DNA of 64,000 nucleotides from Octopus bimaculoides (GCF_001194135.2 NC_068989.1:74641930-74705929), one strand, 5' to 3'; shown: positions 13,330 to 27,420, numbered from the stretch's first letter. The notes: a model not told the origin generated them from the sequence alone. Numbers and translations: made by a program.

Positions 13330-13690
13330 AGTTAATTATGATTTTATTCAACATATCCACACACCCAGCCTTTCTCAGCTTCACACACTTATTGCACCGA
13401 TCTTTCAGTTTTTCTAAGCCCTGCAAAAGAACTCAGAAGGTTGGGCCTCCAACCACTTTCGCGATACCCTTTCAGACAGAAATTTTTCAGCTCACCCTCG
13501 TAGATATCACAGCACTTGTAATACACTTTAATGCGGTTCATATAAGCTCCAATATCCTATGCAATGGATCGAACAAATTTTATAATGAATTGTTGGAATC
13601 TGGTTGTTTTCTTTGCTTATGAATTTACAAGTTTCCGTCATCGGAATTCAATGATTCCGTGGGTTTCCTTTGAAGGGTTACCATAGCAAT
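13330..13690 (-). mobile_element. Probable mariner 3'-end remnant
   Basis: Minus strand reads DRCNKCVKLR...GYVE*, resembling the mariner transposase C-terminus. Extent uncertain. Confidence 0.4.
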
Positions 13691-14040
13691 CGCCCTAGTC
13701 AGTACCAAATTTGGTGGAGGGATGATTTTTGCACAAATAGATGATGATCTTTCCTTGGCGCGTTCGAAGTAACACTAGGGTCTATAACCATGACATATAA
13801 TCTCGTACATTGTTTTCTTACACATAAGAGCAATAAAGGTAGGTTATGGTCGAGTGAAGTCGCCATCCCTGGCCGCTTGGACGACTAGGTGCTTTGTTGG
13901 AGTGTCATCAGTATCGAGGAGGTGGCATTTTAGACCGAGCATGCATCTTCACGTCTGCACCATAACGGGAGCCTATGAGATAGAATCGCTGTATTGTATA
14001 TTAGAGTAAAAGGAGGTTATCAAGATAACGAAACATATAT

Positions 14041-14071
<31 letters not shown>

Positions 14072-14572
14072 CACGTGCGCATGTATGTATATATGTAGAT
14101 GGATACGTGTATGTATATGTATGGGTAAATATATACATATCGACATGGGCATGTATATGTGTATATGTGTGAGTGTATGTATGCATGTGGACACGTATAT
14201 ATAGGCATAGAGGTGTGTGATTCACCCTCAGTAATATAGATGTGAAGCGATTCAGATGACAGGCTTATGGTGAGATTGTCTTCCAACCATAAACTATACG
14301 AAGTACAACTGAAATTGACCATATCGGCGGGTGGACCGAGATTCCTTGTGTGAGTGTATGTACGAGCGTATATGTGCGAATGGATGTATACGCATCTCGA
14401 CCTAAGATAGCTAGTTTAACAACTTTTCGCCCCTAGACATTGTAGCCTGCATAGCTTCCGATTTCTTTTTTCTAGTAGCATTCCTTTGTATTAAACCCAA
14501 TTTATCATCCCCTCAGCAGGCGGCCATATAGTAACATGACAGCCAACACTATACATATTATACACACACACA

Positions 14573-14606
<34 letters not shown>

Positions 14607-15318
14607 NNNNNNNNNNNNNNNNNNNNNNNNNNNNNNNNNNNNNNNNNNNNNNNNNNNNNNNNNNNNNNNNNNNNNNNNNNNNNNNNNNNNNNNNNNNNNN
14701 NNNNNNNNNNNNNNNNNNNNNNNNNNNNNNNNNNNNNNNNNNNNNNNNNNNNNNNNNNNNNNNNNNNNNNNNNNNNNNNNNNNNNNNNNNNNNNNNNNNN
14801 NNNNNNNNNNNNNNNNNNNNNNNNNNNNNNNNNNNNNNNNNNNNNNNNNNNNNNNNNNNNNNNNNNNNNNNNNNNNNNNNNNNNNNNNNNNNNNNNNNNN
14901 NNNNNNNNNNNNNNNNNNNNNNNNNNNNNNNNNNNNNNNNNNNNNNNNNNNNNNNNNNNNNNNNNNNNNNNNNNNNNNNNNNNNNNNNNNNNNNNNNNNN
15001 NNNNNNNNNNNNNNNNNNNNNNNNNNNNNNNNNNNNNNNNNNNNNNNNNNNNNNNNNNNNNNNNNNNNNNNNNNNNNNNNNNNNNNNNNNNNNNNNNNNN
15101 NNNNNNNNNNNNNNNNNNNNNNNNNNNNNNNNNNNNNNNNNNNNNNNNNNNNNNNTATATATATATACACATATGTATGCATATATGTATGTATATTATT
15201 TTCTTGTCTACGTTTTGTTTGCAATGTCCTGTACCCAGATATGCACCTATATATACAGGTAGACGTAGATATGCACATACCTGTACGTATATATGCATAT
15301 ACTCATTTATTATTGTTT

Positions 15319-15384
<66 letters not shown>

Positions 15385-15906
15385 CATATTTATACACATA
15401 CATACATATACACGCGCACACATACGCTTATTCACAAATAAATTCGTTATAATACAAGTATATGTGTGTATATACATACACACACACATACATAGACACA
15501 CAATATACCTCGCTGTATAGACATATACATATTGACAGATATAAGCGCAAACACATAAACATGCTTATATGCATGGAGAAATGTAGCATATATATACACT
15601 TACATAGATACACACATACATTCTTCCACACATACATATATACATACACCCATACATACATATACATAGACAGACAAAACTTTTAAAATACACAAATAAG
15701 TCCATACTGACGTTTGTAAATCCTAGCACGTATATAACAACGAAAACACACTTACACGCAGAAAAAAATTAGATAAATCAAAATTTGTGTTAAGATGATG
15801 CAATTGTATATCGTTCACTTTATTTTAGATGAAGCACGCTTGTAAACAAATATGCATATATATATGTATTCATACATATAGATGCATATATACATATATG
15901 CAGATA

Positions 15907-15969
<63 letters not shown>

Positions 15970-16679
15970 GAGGTGTGTTCTGTTAAGAACGTATAAAAGT
16001 ACAAATAGAGCTCGTTCACCCTTAAAATTCCCAAATACCCGGTAGTATTCTTACGGTATGCTACCAATTCTAGTCTAAGAATTAGTAGCATACCTAGTCC
16101 TAGAATTGAAACTGTGAGCGTTTGTTGGTTTCAAAGAAGAATGTCATGGATGTTGTAGCATGGAAATCTAAAAATAGAGATACAGGAAAAAACATAAAAT
16201 ACGTAGAAATCTACATAAGACTGCAAAGAAACGAACGAATTTAGATGACAATATGGGCATAAATATGTGCGCGCGAAGTTGTGTGTTTGCGTGCGCGCGT
16301 AATGCTTTTTTTTTTAGATCTCAAATCGTTTAAGCAAAACTATCATTTAACTTAATTTTTTAACGTTACTGACTGGCAGCTTTCTTGCAGTAATAACAAT
16401 ACTTAGTTTGCTATTTATTCTAAGGTTGTTTTTTTTTCTGAATAAATGATTTGCTGCTGTAAACCGAATGTAAACTTCTAAAGCGTAAGTAAAATATTTA
16501 CAGTGATGTTGATATTATGGACGTTGTCCATCATTATAAGAGTGCACATAAACACACCAACAGAAGATGTTTAACATTTGCTTAACTTTTACTTCCCATT
16601 GGATACTTGAATAAACAGATGGAATGCATTGGGGCAATGTTTACATGATAGCTTTTAGCTTGAAACATGTTAGATAACA

Positions 16680-17332
16680 AAATAAACTTGAGATACTGAT
16701 GTGGAGTCGTGACTCCTGATGGTGGCTATAATGATGGTGATGTCGAGGAGTCCTAAGATCCATAAACATATAGCTTGAGTCTCCTGCTACATTTACAGAT
16801 TTCTATGCATGTAATGTATCTTTTACAAGTCAGACTTGTAATGTCAACCTATATGTATGTTATGTATTTTAGTCGTACAGCAGAATACACTTCTCTGCGA
16901 AAAATTACTTACCTCAGTTACGCAACAGTTCTGAAGCGTCTTTTGTGTTAATGCACATTTAATCACCGAATAACGGATAAGTTAATTTGAACGATTTGAA
17001 TGTTAATTAGGTGAACTGTATCAGTGTTTTATTAAGAACATAATGCAAAGGCGATGATCCACACAAAAGATCAGTCGTAGTTTGGTTTCTGACAGATTTT
17101 ACTATTAACTATAAGTGTAAACACTTCGTCATTGAAAGCAGCGTAAATATTGTGTATTTCTCGTATATTAAACTTAAGTTGGTTTCCATGTCCACATTTT
17201 TAAACGTCAAGGTCTACATCCATGTTTTTTGCACTAACAGCTCTGTGTAAGTAATGCCACGAATCGTAAGACAATGTTTAGATCCATGTGCACATGATAA
17301 GGAGGTAGGATTCAAATATAGAAATCAAGAAT

Positions 17333-17378
<46 letters not shown>

Positions 17379-17477
17379 CATACACGCACTCACACTCACA
17401 CACACACACACACACATACACACACGCACGCACACANNNNNNNNNNNNNNNNNNNNNNNNNNNNNNNNNNNNNNNNN

Positions 17478-17529
<52 letters not shown>

Positions 17530-17831
17530 AAATTAGGAAATGGTGAAGATAAAATCCAGGATACATATGTTTCATAGTTAGCGAAACCCCAGAAGTAGTT
17601 TCATAGTTAGCGGAACCTCGGAAATAGTAAATTCTCCAAACGAGGGATAGACCGCAAGCAAAGGACACATTACAATTCTGACTTGTAAAATATGCATTAC
17701 ATGCAGAGAAATTTGTAAATGTAGCAGGAGACTCCAGCTTTATGTTTATGGATCTTAGGACTCCTCGACATCACCATCATTATAGCCACCATCAGGAGTC
17801 ACGTCTCGGCATCAGTATCCCAAGTTTATTT
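16680..17831. repeat. 165-bp inverted repeat pair (16680-16844 / 17667-17831) around an about 820-bp spacer
   Basis: The arms are reverse complements with roughly 90% identity, read directly from the sequence. Confidence 0.9.
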
Positions 17832-18850
17832 CAGGCAAAGGATACCTTCTTTCGAATCCCCAACGAGTTAACACGGGATATCCTAACGGCTATGTAAACT
17901 TCACGCCAATATTAAAAAAGATAGATATGTTAAGAACAGTCGCTACCCATGAATTTATTTAGAGCAGTACCTACCATTACTGCAACAACCACAACAGGTC
18001 ACTTTTAGGTCACTTGACCATTAAAGTAGATTCCACAGACAGCCTCTACAACAGGGTCATACCACTCCCGTAGTCGTCTTCTTCTTCTTCTCCTTCGTTT
18101 TCTTCTCCTTCCCCTCCTTCTTCGCCTTATCTTCCCGCGACGAAATTCAAACTCGGAAAGTACTTACGGACGAAATGTTGTTAAGTAATTTGTGGGGCGT
18201 ACCAACGATTCTGTTAGTATGCCACTGTAAAAGATATTCATAATAGAATACAGAACTGCAACGCTGGACAAATAGTTACACTGTCATTGAATATTATCAT
18301 ACTGAAAGGATAAGTCTCGAGCAAAGTTTGATATCGTCCACTCGATAGATAATGCAAAGAAGTTCGCTAGAAAATAGATCACTAATGACCAAAGAGAAAA
18401 GAATTCCTAGTCTTCGCAGAGAAACATTTCCCCAATAGCTGTAAATGTTAGAAACTATTCAATAGGCATTCTGTGAAAGCTTTCTACAGCTGTTGTTATG
18501 AAAAGAAAACATAAATGCTCACGTATGACTTTAACTCTGAGAGTCCAGATACTTGACCTCTTGACCAGAGGTGCAAGGGACTTCAAAAATAAATACGCCA
18601 ACCCCCAGTCTTCTGTCATACACGTAGACATTTTTGTCTAAATCGAACACAAAGCAAGAAAGTCATATCTGGAACCCAAAGGACTGCAGTATGCCACACT
18701 AGACATAGACATTTCTAGATTTAAGATCAACATTAACAATACTCTTCATTTAACTTGTTGAAGGGACATGATCTAGATGCCATGAACAGATTTATACCAC
18801 TTCCTTTTTAAAATATTTCTTCGGGGTTTCTTCTTGTAATTTTCTTTGTT

Positions 18851-18891
<41 letters not shown>

Positions 18892-18962
18892 ATGACTGAG
18901 TACTCGTGAGCAGACAGACACCATCTATACTTCCCTATTGTTTGAAATATTAGCATATTTAG

Positions 18963-19008
<46 letters not shown>

Positions 19009-20499
19009 GTATCAGCACACAGCTGGTGTACATTTTCTATTGAACAGACTGGAGCAATTTAAAATGAAATACCTTACTCAAAGTCAGACCGTGTCGTCCG
19101 GTTCAAAAATTGAACCTAAGCTCTTATGATGGCAAACCGAACACGTTAACCACCCTAACTAGACCGCGCATTTTTACATAATAAAGAAGAAATAGGCATA
19201 TAAGAGTAATGAACAGTTTTGATTTTGCTCTTTTTTCTCCAGATCAAAATCGCGATGGATGCGATTCTCAAGTTACTTCAAACCTTTTCCAGTGAAACCA
19301 TATGTTTTAATCAGTTATAAAATAAAGCGATGCAATGGTATGCGAACCGGGGTTTAATACCTCATCCTGTCAGCAATTTCTCTCTTTATCTCTCTCTCTC
19401 TTTCTCTTTCTCTCTCCCTTTCTCTCTCTTTCCCTCTTTCGGTTCAAAACAGATCTACTTTAAATATACACACACCGCACACACACACACACACACACAC
19501 ACACGCATACAGAAAGTATGTGCACAAATTTAGATGCGTGCTTCCCGTATAAAATAAGGATTAGTTAACAGAATAGTAATTGCAATCAAAAGCAAACATT
19601 ATTAAAATTCTTATACATCAGGAAGTTTGTATTAAATTGCTATCATGATAAATAAGCTGAACAATTGCTGAAACCGAGTTAACACAAAAAGCCACTATTT
19701 TCTTCTAACATTGCTAGAATTAGCAGTCAAATCTTGCTCAAATTATACGTTCCAAGCTTAAATGTTGTACATAATGTCCTAAACACAAGGTTTCTTAAAA
19801 TAAAAAAGAAAACGAAGAAAAATTATCATGGCTGCCATCCCTCTGATCATATCTGTATTTGATCGATGTTGATGTGTTGGATAAACAATAGCAACACCTA
19901 AACTGCATTTCTAAAGTATCTGTTATTAAACCGTATGATAACTGATGAAGTTGGATAAAATTATTTTATATATTAGTCGTAGATTCGAACTTGTCATGGG
20001 ATTATTTAACATGAAAATGCACTTTTCTCTCAAACTCTCTATATCTTCCAGCCAAAGTCACTTCAATAAATAATTGGTTCATGTTTCTACTGTGTTTCCA
20101 TGACGATTATCTTGATTGTTTTAAAGCAGGGACATGCGAATATTCGTCAGAACCCTTGAGTATTACAATTTTAACAAACTGCTCGTCCGATTATCAAATG
20201 TTTTTGAAATAGAGAGTTAGAACATACAATGATCAATTTAGATGAGTATTCATATTAGAAGTATTGAAAATATACAAATCTTAGGTGAATTGAATAAATA
20301 TGTTAAAGCGTCCACTTTATTAAAAACACAAATTATTGAATAGTAAACTTTGTAGCATAATAAAATAAATGTGAGCATGCAGAAGGTAAATTTGATTGTC
20401 AATATTACTATTAATGTAATAGGTGTAAGTGTATCATCGTTATTATTTTATAAGAGACATACGATTAACGGGATTGTATTGAAACCAAAAGCATATAAA

Positions 20500-20830
20500 A
20501 TAAATGAAATAGAGTAAAACCAAGACCAAATATTGCATACGTCTTCAATGAACTCTAATGACGTTATAAGCTCCCATTGGCTAAATCTTTTTTTTTTTTT
20601 TATATATTTCACTTCATTTTATTTCATACATTACTATAAAATAAATAACTTGAGGAAAAAACTTTCAGAATCAGGAATTACAATCTCAACAGCCAGAAAC
20701 TGTTTACAGTCCTGGAAGATATACAATTGAAATCAGCAAGTAACATTCCAGACGTAGTTGGCGGAACAGCTTCCTTCTCCCACTTTTAGGAGTGTCATGA
20801 GGACTTGAAATATGTTCCTGTCACGTAAGT
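20500..20830 (+). promoter_or_regulatory. Putative promoter plus 5' non-coding exon of paralog 1, donor at 20825
   Basis: Homologous to 39150-39482 and about 5000-5241. Contains TGACGT (20559), ATTGG (20576), TATAAA (20635) about 32 nt before TCAG, and CAC|GTAAGT. Exon status is inferred, with no transcript data. Confidence 0.55.
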
Positions 20831-21163
20831 TGCCAAATCGTTTACTAATTTGTAATTGTCTGATTACAACTTGTATTTCTAACAATTTCTTCGAGGGCAC
20901 AATTTAGAAACGAAGTTTTACGTTCTATAATACATACTATGTATAATATCATGTAGAGGAGACGAGGCAGATTGAGAATAAAGTTGTCGGAATACATGGT
21001 TGTTATTTGTACATTCGGCGCGTCTCTTGCTGTGTTTTGCGTTTGGAGACAAATAAAAAATACATTTTATAATATATATTTGAACCTCGATATCTGCAAA
21101 AGTTGGAGACGTTATAAGAGATTCAAGTGAAGGTTTAGGTTAATTTAATAGGTAGGCGTAAGA

Positions 21164-21202
<39 letters not shown>

Positions 21203-22066
21203 TACGTATGTGTGTGTGCGTGTGTGCGCACGCGTGTGTGTCAGCGCTTGTGTGTGCATGAGTATGCGTGTATGTATATATATGTATATATATATATATA
21301 TGTATGTATATANNNNNNNNNNNNNNNNNNNNNNNNNNNNNNNNNNNNNNNNNNNNNNNNNNNNNNNNNNNNNNNNNNNNNNNNNNNNNNNNNNNNNNNN
21401 NNNNNNNNNNNNNNNNNNNNNNNNNNNNNNNNNNNNNNNNNNNNNNNNNNNNNNNNNNNNNNNNNNNNNNNNNNNNNNNNNNNNNNNNNNNNNNNNNNNN
21501 NNNNNNNNNNNNNNNNNNNNATATATATACACATACGTATGTGTGTGTGTGCGTGTATGCGTGCATATATATAAGTGCGTGTATATGGGATAGGCTGTAC
21601 GTGTGGGTGTGTATGTGTGTGCGTGCGCGTGCACATGCTTCTGATTTCCGAGTCGTTACATCACTAAATTGACAGACTTACTCAATTTGTTGTAGCTGTC
21701 TGGGTTTTGCTTCAGATACCATTTAGGTAGTTCGTGTACTTTTCATTCATTTCAGGTAGGTAAATACCGTCCTGTGTGGTGGGCTGTCAGGAATTGTAGA
21801 GTGTCGAAGGAGACACCTTGTGGTACCATTATCGGTTGTGTGCATTATGATGAGAAAGTCTGACCTCCTGCCACCGGCAAAAAGCGGTTATAGGACTTGA
21901 GCGCCTTTACCCATTTACAGATGCCGTTCAGGTGATGACTCGTAATGCTAGCAAACCAGTTTGAAGAAATTTAAAGAGACGTTAAAGTGACATACGATCA
22001 ACGGATGGACGAATACACACAGACATACATGCATACATACATACATACATACATACATACATACAT

Positions 22067-22101
<35 letters not shown>

Positions 22102-23132
22102 TACATACATATGAATCAGTTTTAAAATGAAGNNNNNNNNNNNNNNNNNNNNNNNNNNNNNNNNNNNNNNNNNNNNNNNNNNNNNNNNNNNNNNNNNNNN
22201 NNNNNNNNNNNNNNNNNNNNNNNNNNNNNNNNNNNNNNNNNNNNNNNNNNNNNNNNNNNNNNNNNNNNNNNNNNNNNNNNNNNNNNNNNNNNNNNNNNNN
22301 NNNNNNNNNNNNNNNNNNNNNNNNNNNNNNNNNNNNNNNNNNNNNNNNNNNNNNNNNNNNNNNNNNNNNNNNNNNNNNNNNNNNNNNNNNNNNNNNNNNN
22401 NNNNNNNNNNNNNNNNNNNNNNNNNNNNNNNNNNNNNNNNNNNNNNNNNNNNNNNNNNNNNNNNNNNNNNNNNNNNNNNNNNNNNNNNNNNNNNNNGAGA
22501 GAGAGAGAAAGAAAGAGAGAGAGAGAGAGGTGTTTATAATCTAAGACTTTTGGAAACTGCAGGTGATATAGGAATTGTTTTGCGCGTGGGTCAGACATTG
22601 ATTTGTTTTGTTTGTTTTTTTTTTGTTACCATCCAAGTACTTTTTAACCTAATATTCAATACGCGCTATTGGTCATAGTTTTATCGACTTCGAGTTTCAC
22701 TGTTAAAAGTAATTTGCTTCTTATATACACCTATGCAAACACACGCGCATACACGCACGCACACAGGGGTATTTTATATATCAGTGGGGTATTTAATATA
22801 TCAAGCTCAATCGTTGTTATATGTTTATTTACATCATTATCTCTCTCTCTCAAAGGGGATATTTTCTATTAATTTAACTAAAGCCTCTTCTATGTTCTAA
22901 AGTTAATGACAGAATGAATGGCTAGAACTCTACCATATCGAACAACATGAATTTTCAAACTGTCCCTTTTATCTTTATAGCTGAACCATCCGACAGCGAG
23001 AAAAAGTGGTGAAGTAACATGTTTATTAGTAGAAATTATCATACAATTTTAAATATTTGAAGGACCCTGCGTTCCTTACTTTTTCTGCATATATTACTCA
23101 GTGTTTACATCATGTTTTATGATAATGTATGA

Positions 23133-23299
23133 AGCACTTAGATATAAAATGACTCAAGTAGCGCTTAGATATAAAATGACTCAAGTAGCACTTAGATATA
23201 AAATGACTCAAGTAGCACTTAGATATAAAATGACTCAAGTAGCGCATAGATATAAAATGACTCAAGTAGCGCATAGATATAAAATGACTCAAGTAGCGC
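23133..23299. repeat. 27-bp minisatellite, about 6 copies
   Basis: Unit tagc(a/g)c(t/a)tagatataaaatgactcaag repeated head to tail. Confidence 0.95.
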
Positions 23300-23545
23300 T
23301 GAATGTTCTTTTCCATAACCCATTTTGAAGTTGTTGGAAATTTATTAGCATGGTAACAGTTAGAGTTGGTTTTCATGTAGGCTGTAGTAATATTGTTAAC
23401 AAGATACTTATGGGATGCGCAGTTAAGAGTTTTGTGCATAAATTTTCTTTCGTTTGAAGAAACAGTGTCATTTCCGTAGTCATTAACATGGAAACGTTAA
23501 AATACGAAAAAAAAAAACCTCACCTTCTAATAAAATATGTATATA

Positions 23546-23952
23546 GGTGCAGGAGTGGCTGTGTGGTAAGTAGCTTGCTCACCAACCACATGGTTCCGGG
23601 TTCAATCCCACTGCATGGCACCTTGGGCAAGTGTCTTCTACTATAGCCCCGGGCCGACCAAAGCCTTGTGAGTGGATTTGGTAGACGGAAACTGAAAGAA
23701 GCCCGTCGTATATATGCGTATATATATGTGTATGTGTGTGTATGTGTGTGTATGTGTTTCTCCCCCAACATCGCTTGACAACCGATGGTGGTGTGTTTAC
23801 GTACCCGTAACTTAGCAGTTCGGCAAAAGAGGCCGATAGAATAAGAATAAGTACAGGGCTTCCTGGGGTCGATTTGCTCGACTAAAAAGGCGGTGCTCCA
23901 GTATGGCCGCAGTCAAAAATGACTGAAACAAGTAAAAGAGTAAGAGTAAAGA
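23546..23952 (+). mobile_element. tRNA-derived SINE, family B (CORE-like domain, internal microsatellite)
   Basis: A box tggctgtgtgg, B box ggttcaatccc, CORE-like ccttgggcaagtg, and tail gactgaaacaagtaaaaga. Related copies occur elsewhere in the window. Confidence 0.85.
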
Positions 23953-24796
23953 GTATTCTACTTTATACATCGAGCGATTTCCTCTCCGACTATAAATACA
24001 AACGTTCACCAATCCAACCTCCTTTGTCTTTTCATCCACTACCAGCCGCCACAGATTTTCACCAAGTCTGACCTACCACAAAGCGCTTTCTCTTCTACTA
24101 TACCAATTTGTTATCCTTTTACTTTAACCTCAAACGTACTACCCTATTTCGCCTTTTGACTTTTCTGCCACTTGCCGCTTATTCCCAAAGTCACTTTTGC
24201 TTTAAAAGTAGCAGGAACAACCGTGTCTTATTGTTTAGTAACTCTTTCTCCACCACACCTATCCCAAACCAATCCTGAGCTACCATTTCTCGTTACAGCT
24301 ACTCACTGACACCATCAGCTCCATCGTCATCACTGTTTCTTTTAGCTAAGCCTCTACAAGCCTCGTCTATTGCTTTTTTACGTTTCGAACAGTTTTGTCG
24401 ATGTCTATGCGACTGCTTCTCGGAGCACATACGAGATATTCAGCTCAACAATGAGCCACCCATCTCACACTATTCTCTCTGTCAATTTCGATCGCGTTTG
24501 GCTCATCGAATCGCCACCGATCACTCGTCACCACAGAAAGGGAACAGGAGTTTCTCTTCCCTGCAAACTTCTACCTCCTCGCATTGTCTAAATTTGTAGA
24601 TACTTTATCTGTAACATACTTTCCATATCAACTTACACATACATGTCATAGTCACCTACAGACATACAAGCACCACACATGCAAAACTAACACACAGACA
24701 TTCCACGCCCACAAACACAAATGCTAATCTCGCATACACACACTAACAAACATACATAACATGCACACAGGCAAAAACACACATACACACATGAAT

Positions 24797-24841
<45 letters not shown>

Positions 24842-26119
24842 NNNNNNNNNNNNNNNNNNNNNNNNNNNNNNNNNNNNNNNNNNNNNNNNNNNNNNNNNNN
24901 NNNNNNNNNNNNNNNNNNNNNNNNNNNNNNNNNNNNNNNNNNNNNNNNNNNNNNNNNNNNNNNNNNNNNNNNNNNNNNNNNNNNNNNNNNNNNNNNNNNN
25001 NNNNNNNNNNNNNNNNNNNNNNNNNNNNNNNNNNNNNNNNNNNNNNNNNNNNNNNNNNNNNNNNNNNNNNNNNNNNNNNNNNNNNNNNNNNNNNNNNNNN
25101 NNNNNNNNNNNNNNNNNNNNNNNNNNNNNNATATGAGAACACGCATACACACACACACAAATACCGCCAAAATACCAATCAACACCAACTCGAAAAAGCA
25201 ACACATAAAAAAATTTAAACACTCACAAAATTCCAACACACACAAATAATTCAGGAAACAAGTTGAGAAAAAAAACGCTATAAGAACCGAAACATATTCG
25301 GCAGAGTAACTAAGCTACAAAAACGACAGAGATCAACTATTAAAGAAAAAAAATCACTTTTAGACATGCTAACGTCGGTAACAGGAATTCACAGATTCAC
25401 AGAGTCGTACTATACATAACAAAGCAGCAAACCTCATTATTAATACTACACACAGTATACTCCTTGTATTGAAGGAGCATGCTACAAATACTTTTACAAG
25501 GCAAAACACCCCGCTAGGTTTAGATAATTATTTAATACAACTTCGTCTTAGAGTATCTTACCCATCAATGAACATACATGAAGGATTGCAGACGCTTTGT
25601 TGCAATAGTATTATAAAGATTCACCAAATAAAAATACCACACATGGATACAAGGTCGAACATCAGACTCATTTGTGCGAATCGCACAGGCCAAAGAAGAG
25701 GAAATCTGTCATCTTCAACTGAGATTCTGTTAGAAACATATTTTAACGAGCCTAAAGTTCGTTTATTCATCATTTTATAGCGAGTATCTCATTGTATTTA
25801 CTCCGAGCAGGTTGTACGCGAGCGCAACTCAGTCACTGATGCTGTTTGTTAGAAGATGAAGCTTAGACTTTAGAATCTACTCTGGTTATTTCTCTTCCAT
25901 ATCTCCTACCGAGGGAGGTTAAAAAACCAGCAATGTGTGTGGGAGTTCAATAAGGGGGAATACTGAGCAGATATGATGCTTCTGCACCTTTTTCTTAAGG
26001 GAGAACTTTCTCCATGGTAACTGCAGTGAATTTGCCTTTAGAAGTTGAAATATGTCATAAAGCTATTCTAAAACTAAACTTCGTTTATTACTCATCTGCC
26101 TGTTACATATATATATACA

Positions 26120-27420
26120 GATGCTGCAAGTTTGAGATTACAAGTGAGTTCAGGTGGTATATTTGCAGTGCTTTTCTTCTTTGCCTTGCAACCCTAAGTC
26201 TGTTAATGCCGGTTGCAACAAAGTTTCTTATACCATTTTGACACAACGATCTCCATTTTGTTCGCTCCGAGGCTGTTCGCATAAAATTGTTGTGAGCTAT
26301 CATCACTGCTGAGAGATTACTCTTCAGTTTGTCCCTATATCTGAGCCATGGTCGACCAACATTCCGCTATCTGGCTGGCTATACATGTGGACTTTGGGTA
26401 TTTTTTCGTCATTCATTCTGATGACATGGCCAGCCCAGTGCAATTGCGACTGCATAAGGAAACTCTCGACTCCACCAATCTTATACTTGCTGAACAGGTC
26501 GGCATTCGAAACTCTGTCATTTAGTGAATAACCGCAGACTGAAACAGCCCTTGTGGAAGATGTCGAGTTGGCTAATGTGTCATCAATAGGGTATCCACGA
26601 TTCTGAACCATACAAGAGAATAGTAAAAATGGCAGCTTTATAGACCTGTATTTTGGTGTCAAGTTTAATCCCCCTTTCATTCCATAGGCGATGACGGAAT
26701 TTTCCAAATGCGCTGGTTGCCTTTGCAACACGGTTGGTGATTTTATCATCAACGGAAGCACTCGAATTTACTTTACTACCAAGATATGCAGTTCACATAA
26801 TTTAGCTTTTTCCCATCAACCTGTATAGGAATGTCAGGGAAATTGTGAACCAGTCTTATGATCAAATTCCAACGTTAGTGTCATAATACGATCAGAAATA
26901 CCTTTGGGTAGAAGAAGAAGGAATCTGACTATTTCTGTCTTGATGGCAAAACCAACACCAGAGCAGCGAAGCTCGTCCTCATTTCTTCCACACCTGGAAA
27001 ATTACGTATTCAACTTCCAATTATGATGATCCTGTCCTGCAAAACGAGTTTTACCGAGTGCAGCTATGTCAATATTGCATTCCTTTAGTTCAAGGGCAAC
27101 CAGTGCTATTTTTCGTTCTGGTGCTGGGTGACTGTCGTATTCCAATAACCAAGGTTAATATCCTTAGATTTCCTCATGTTTCGACTGCGTTACTGAATAA
27201 GCAGACAGCTGCAGGGAGTTGTCATGTTTAAGGTGAGTACGCAATGTTTAGGGTTCCTTTTATCACCCCCTCTCTCTGTTAGGAAAAGTTGTGCTGTGTC
27301 TACATAGAGCTACTCTGTTACCACTGGAGGAAACGGACAGCGAAGTTACTCACAAGTTCTGTGCTGGAATGGCCATAACCCAATGGTCACCAACTGCGTA
27401 GAGATCTAACAAGAGTCTTC
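26120..27420 (-). mobile_element. Internally deleted RTE-clade LINE
   Basis: APE N-terminus (NIDIAAL..TRF; GVGFAIKTEI; ISDRIMTL) at about 26860-27200, followed within a few hundred bp by the post-RT C-terminus (QLHWAGHVIRMNDEKIPK; RYRDKLK...WRSLCQNGI). Confidence 0.8.

Noticed and set aside
23110-23439. CRISPR-like array or repeat-protein ORF (ALRYKMTQV)n
   Set aside because: Units are contiguous with no unique spacers and no cas genes. It is a eukaryotic minisatellite whose 27-bp period keeps frames open.
23960-24600. Possible LINE endonuclease remnants here and at about 18500-18800, 27680-28030 and 48780-49260
   Set aside because: Only vague peptide hints and no diagnostic motif.
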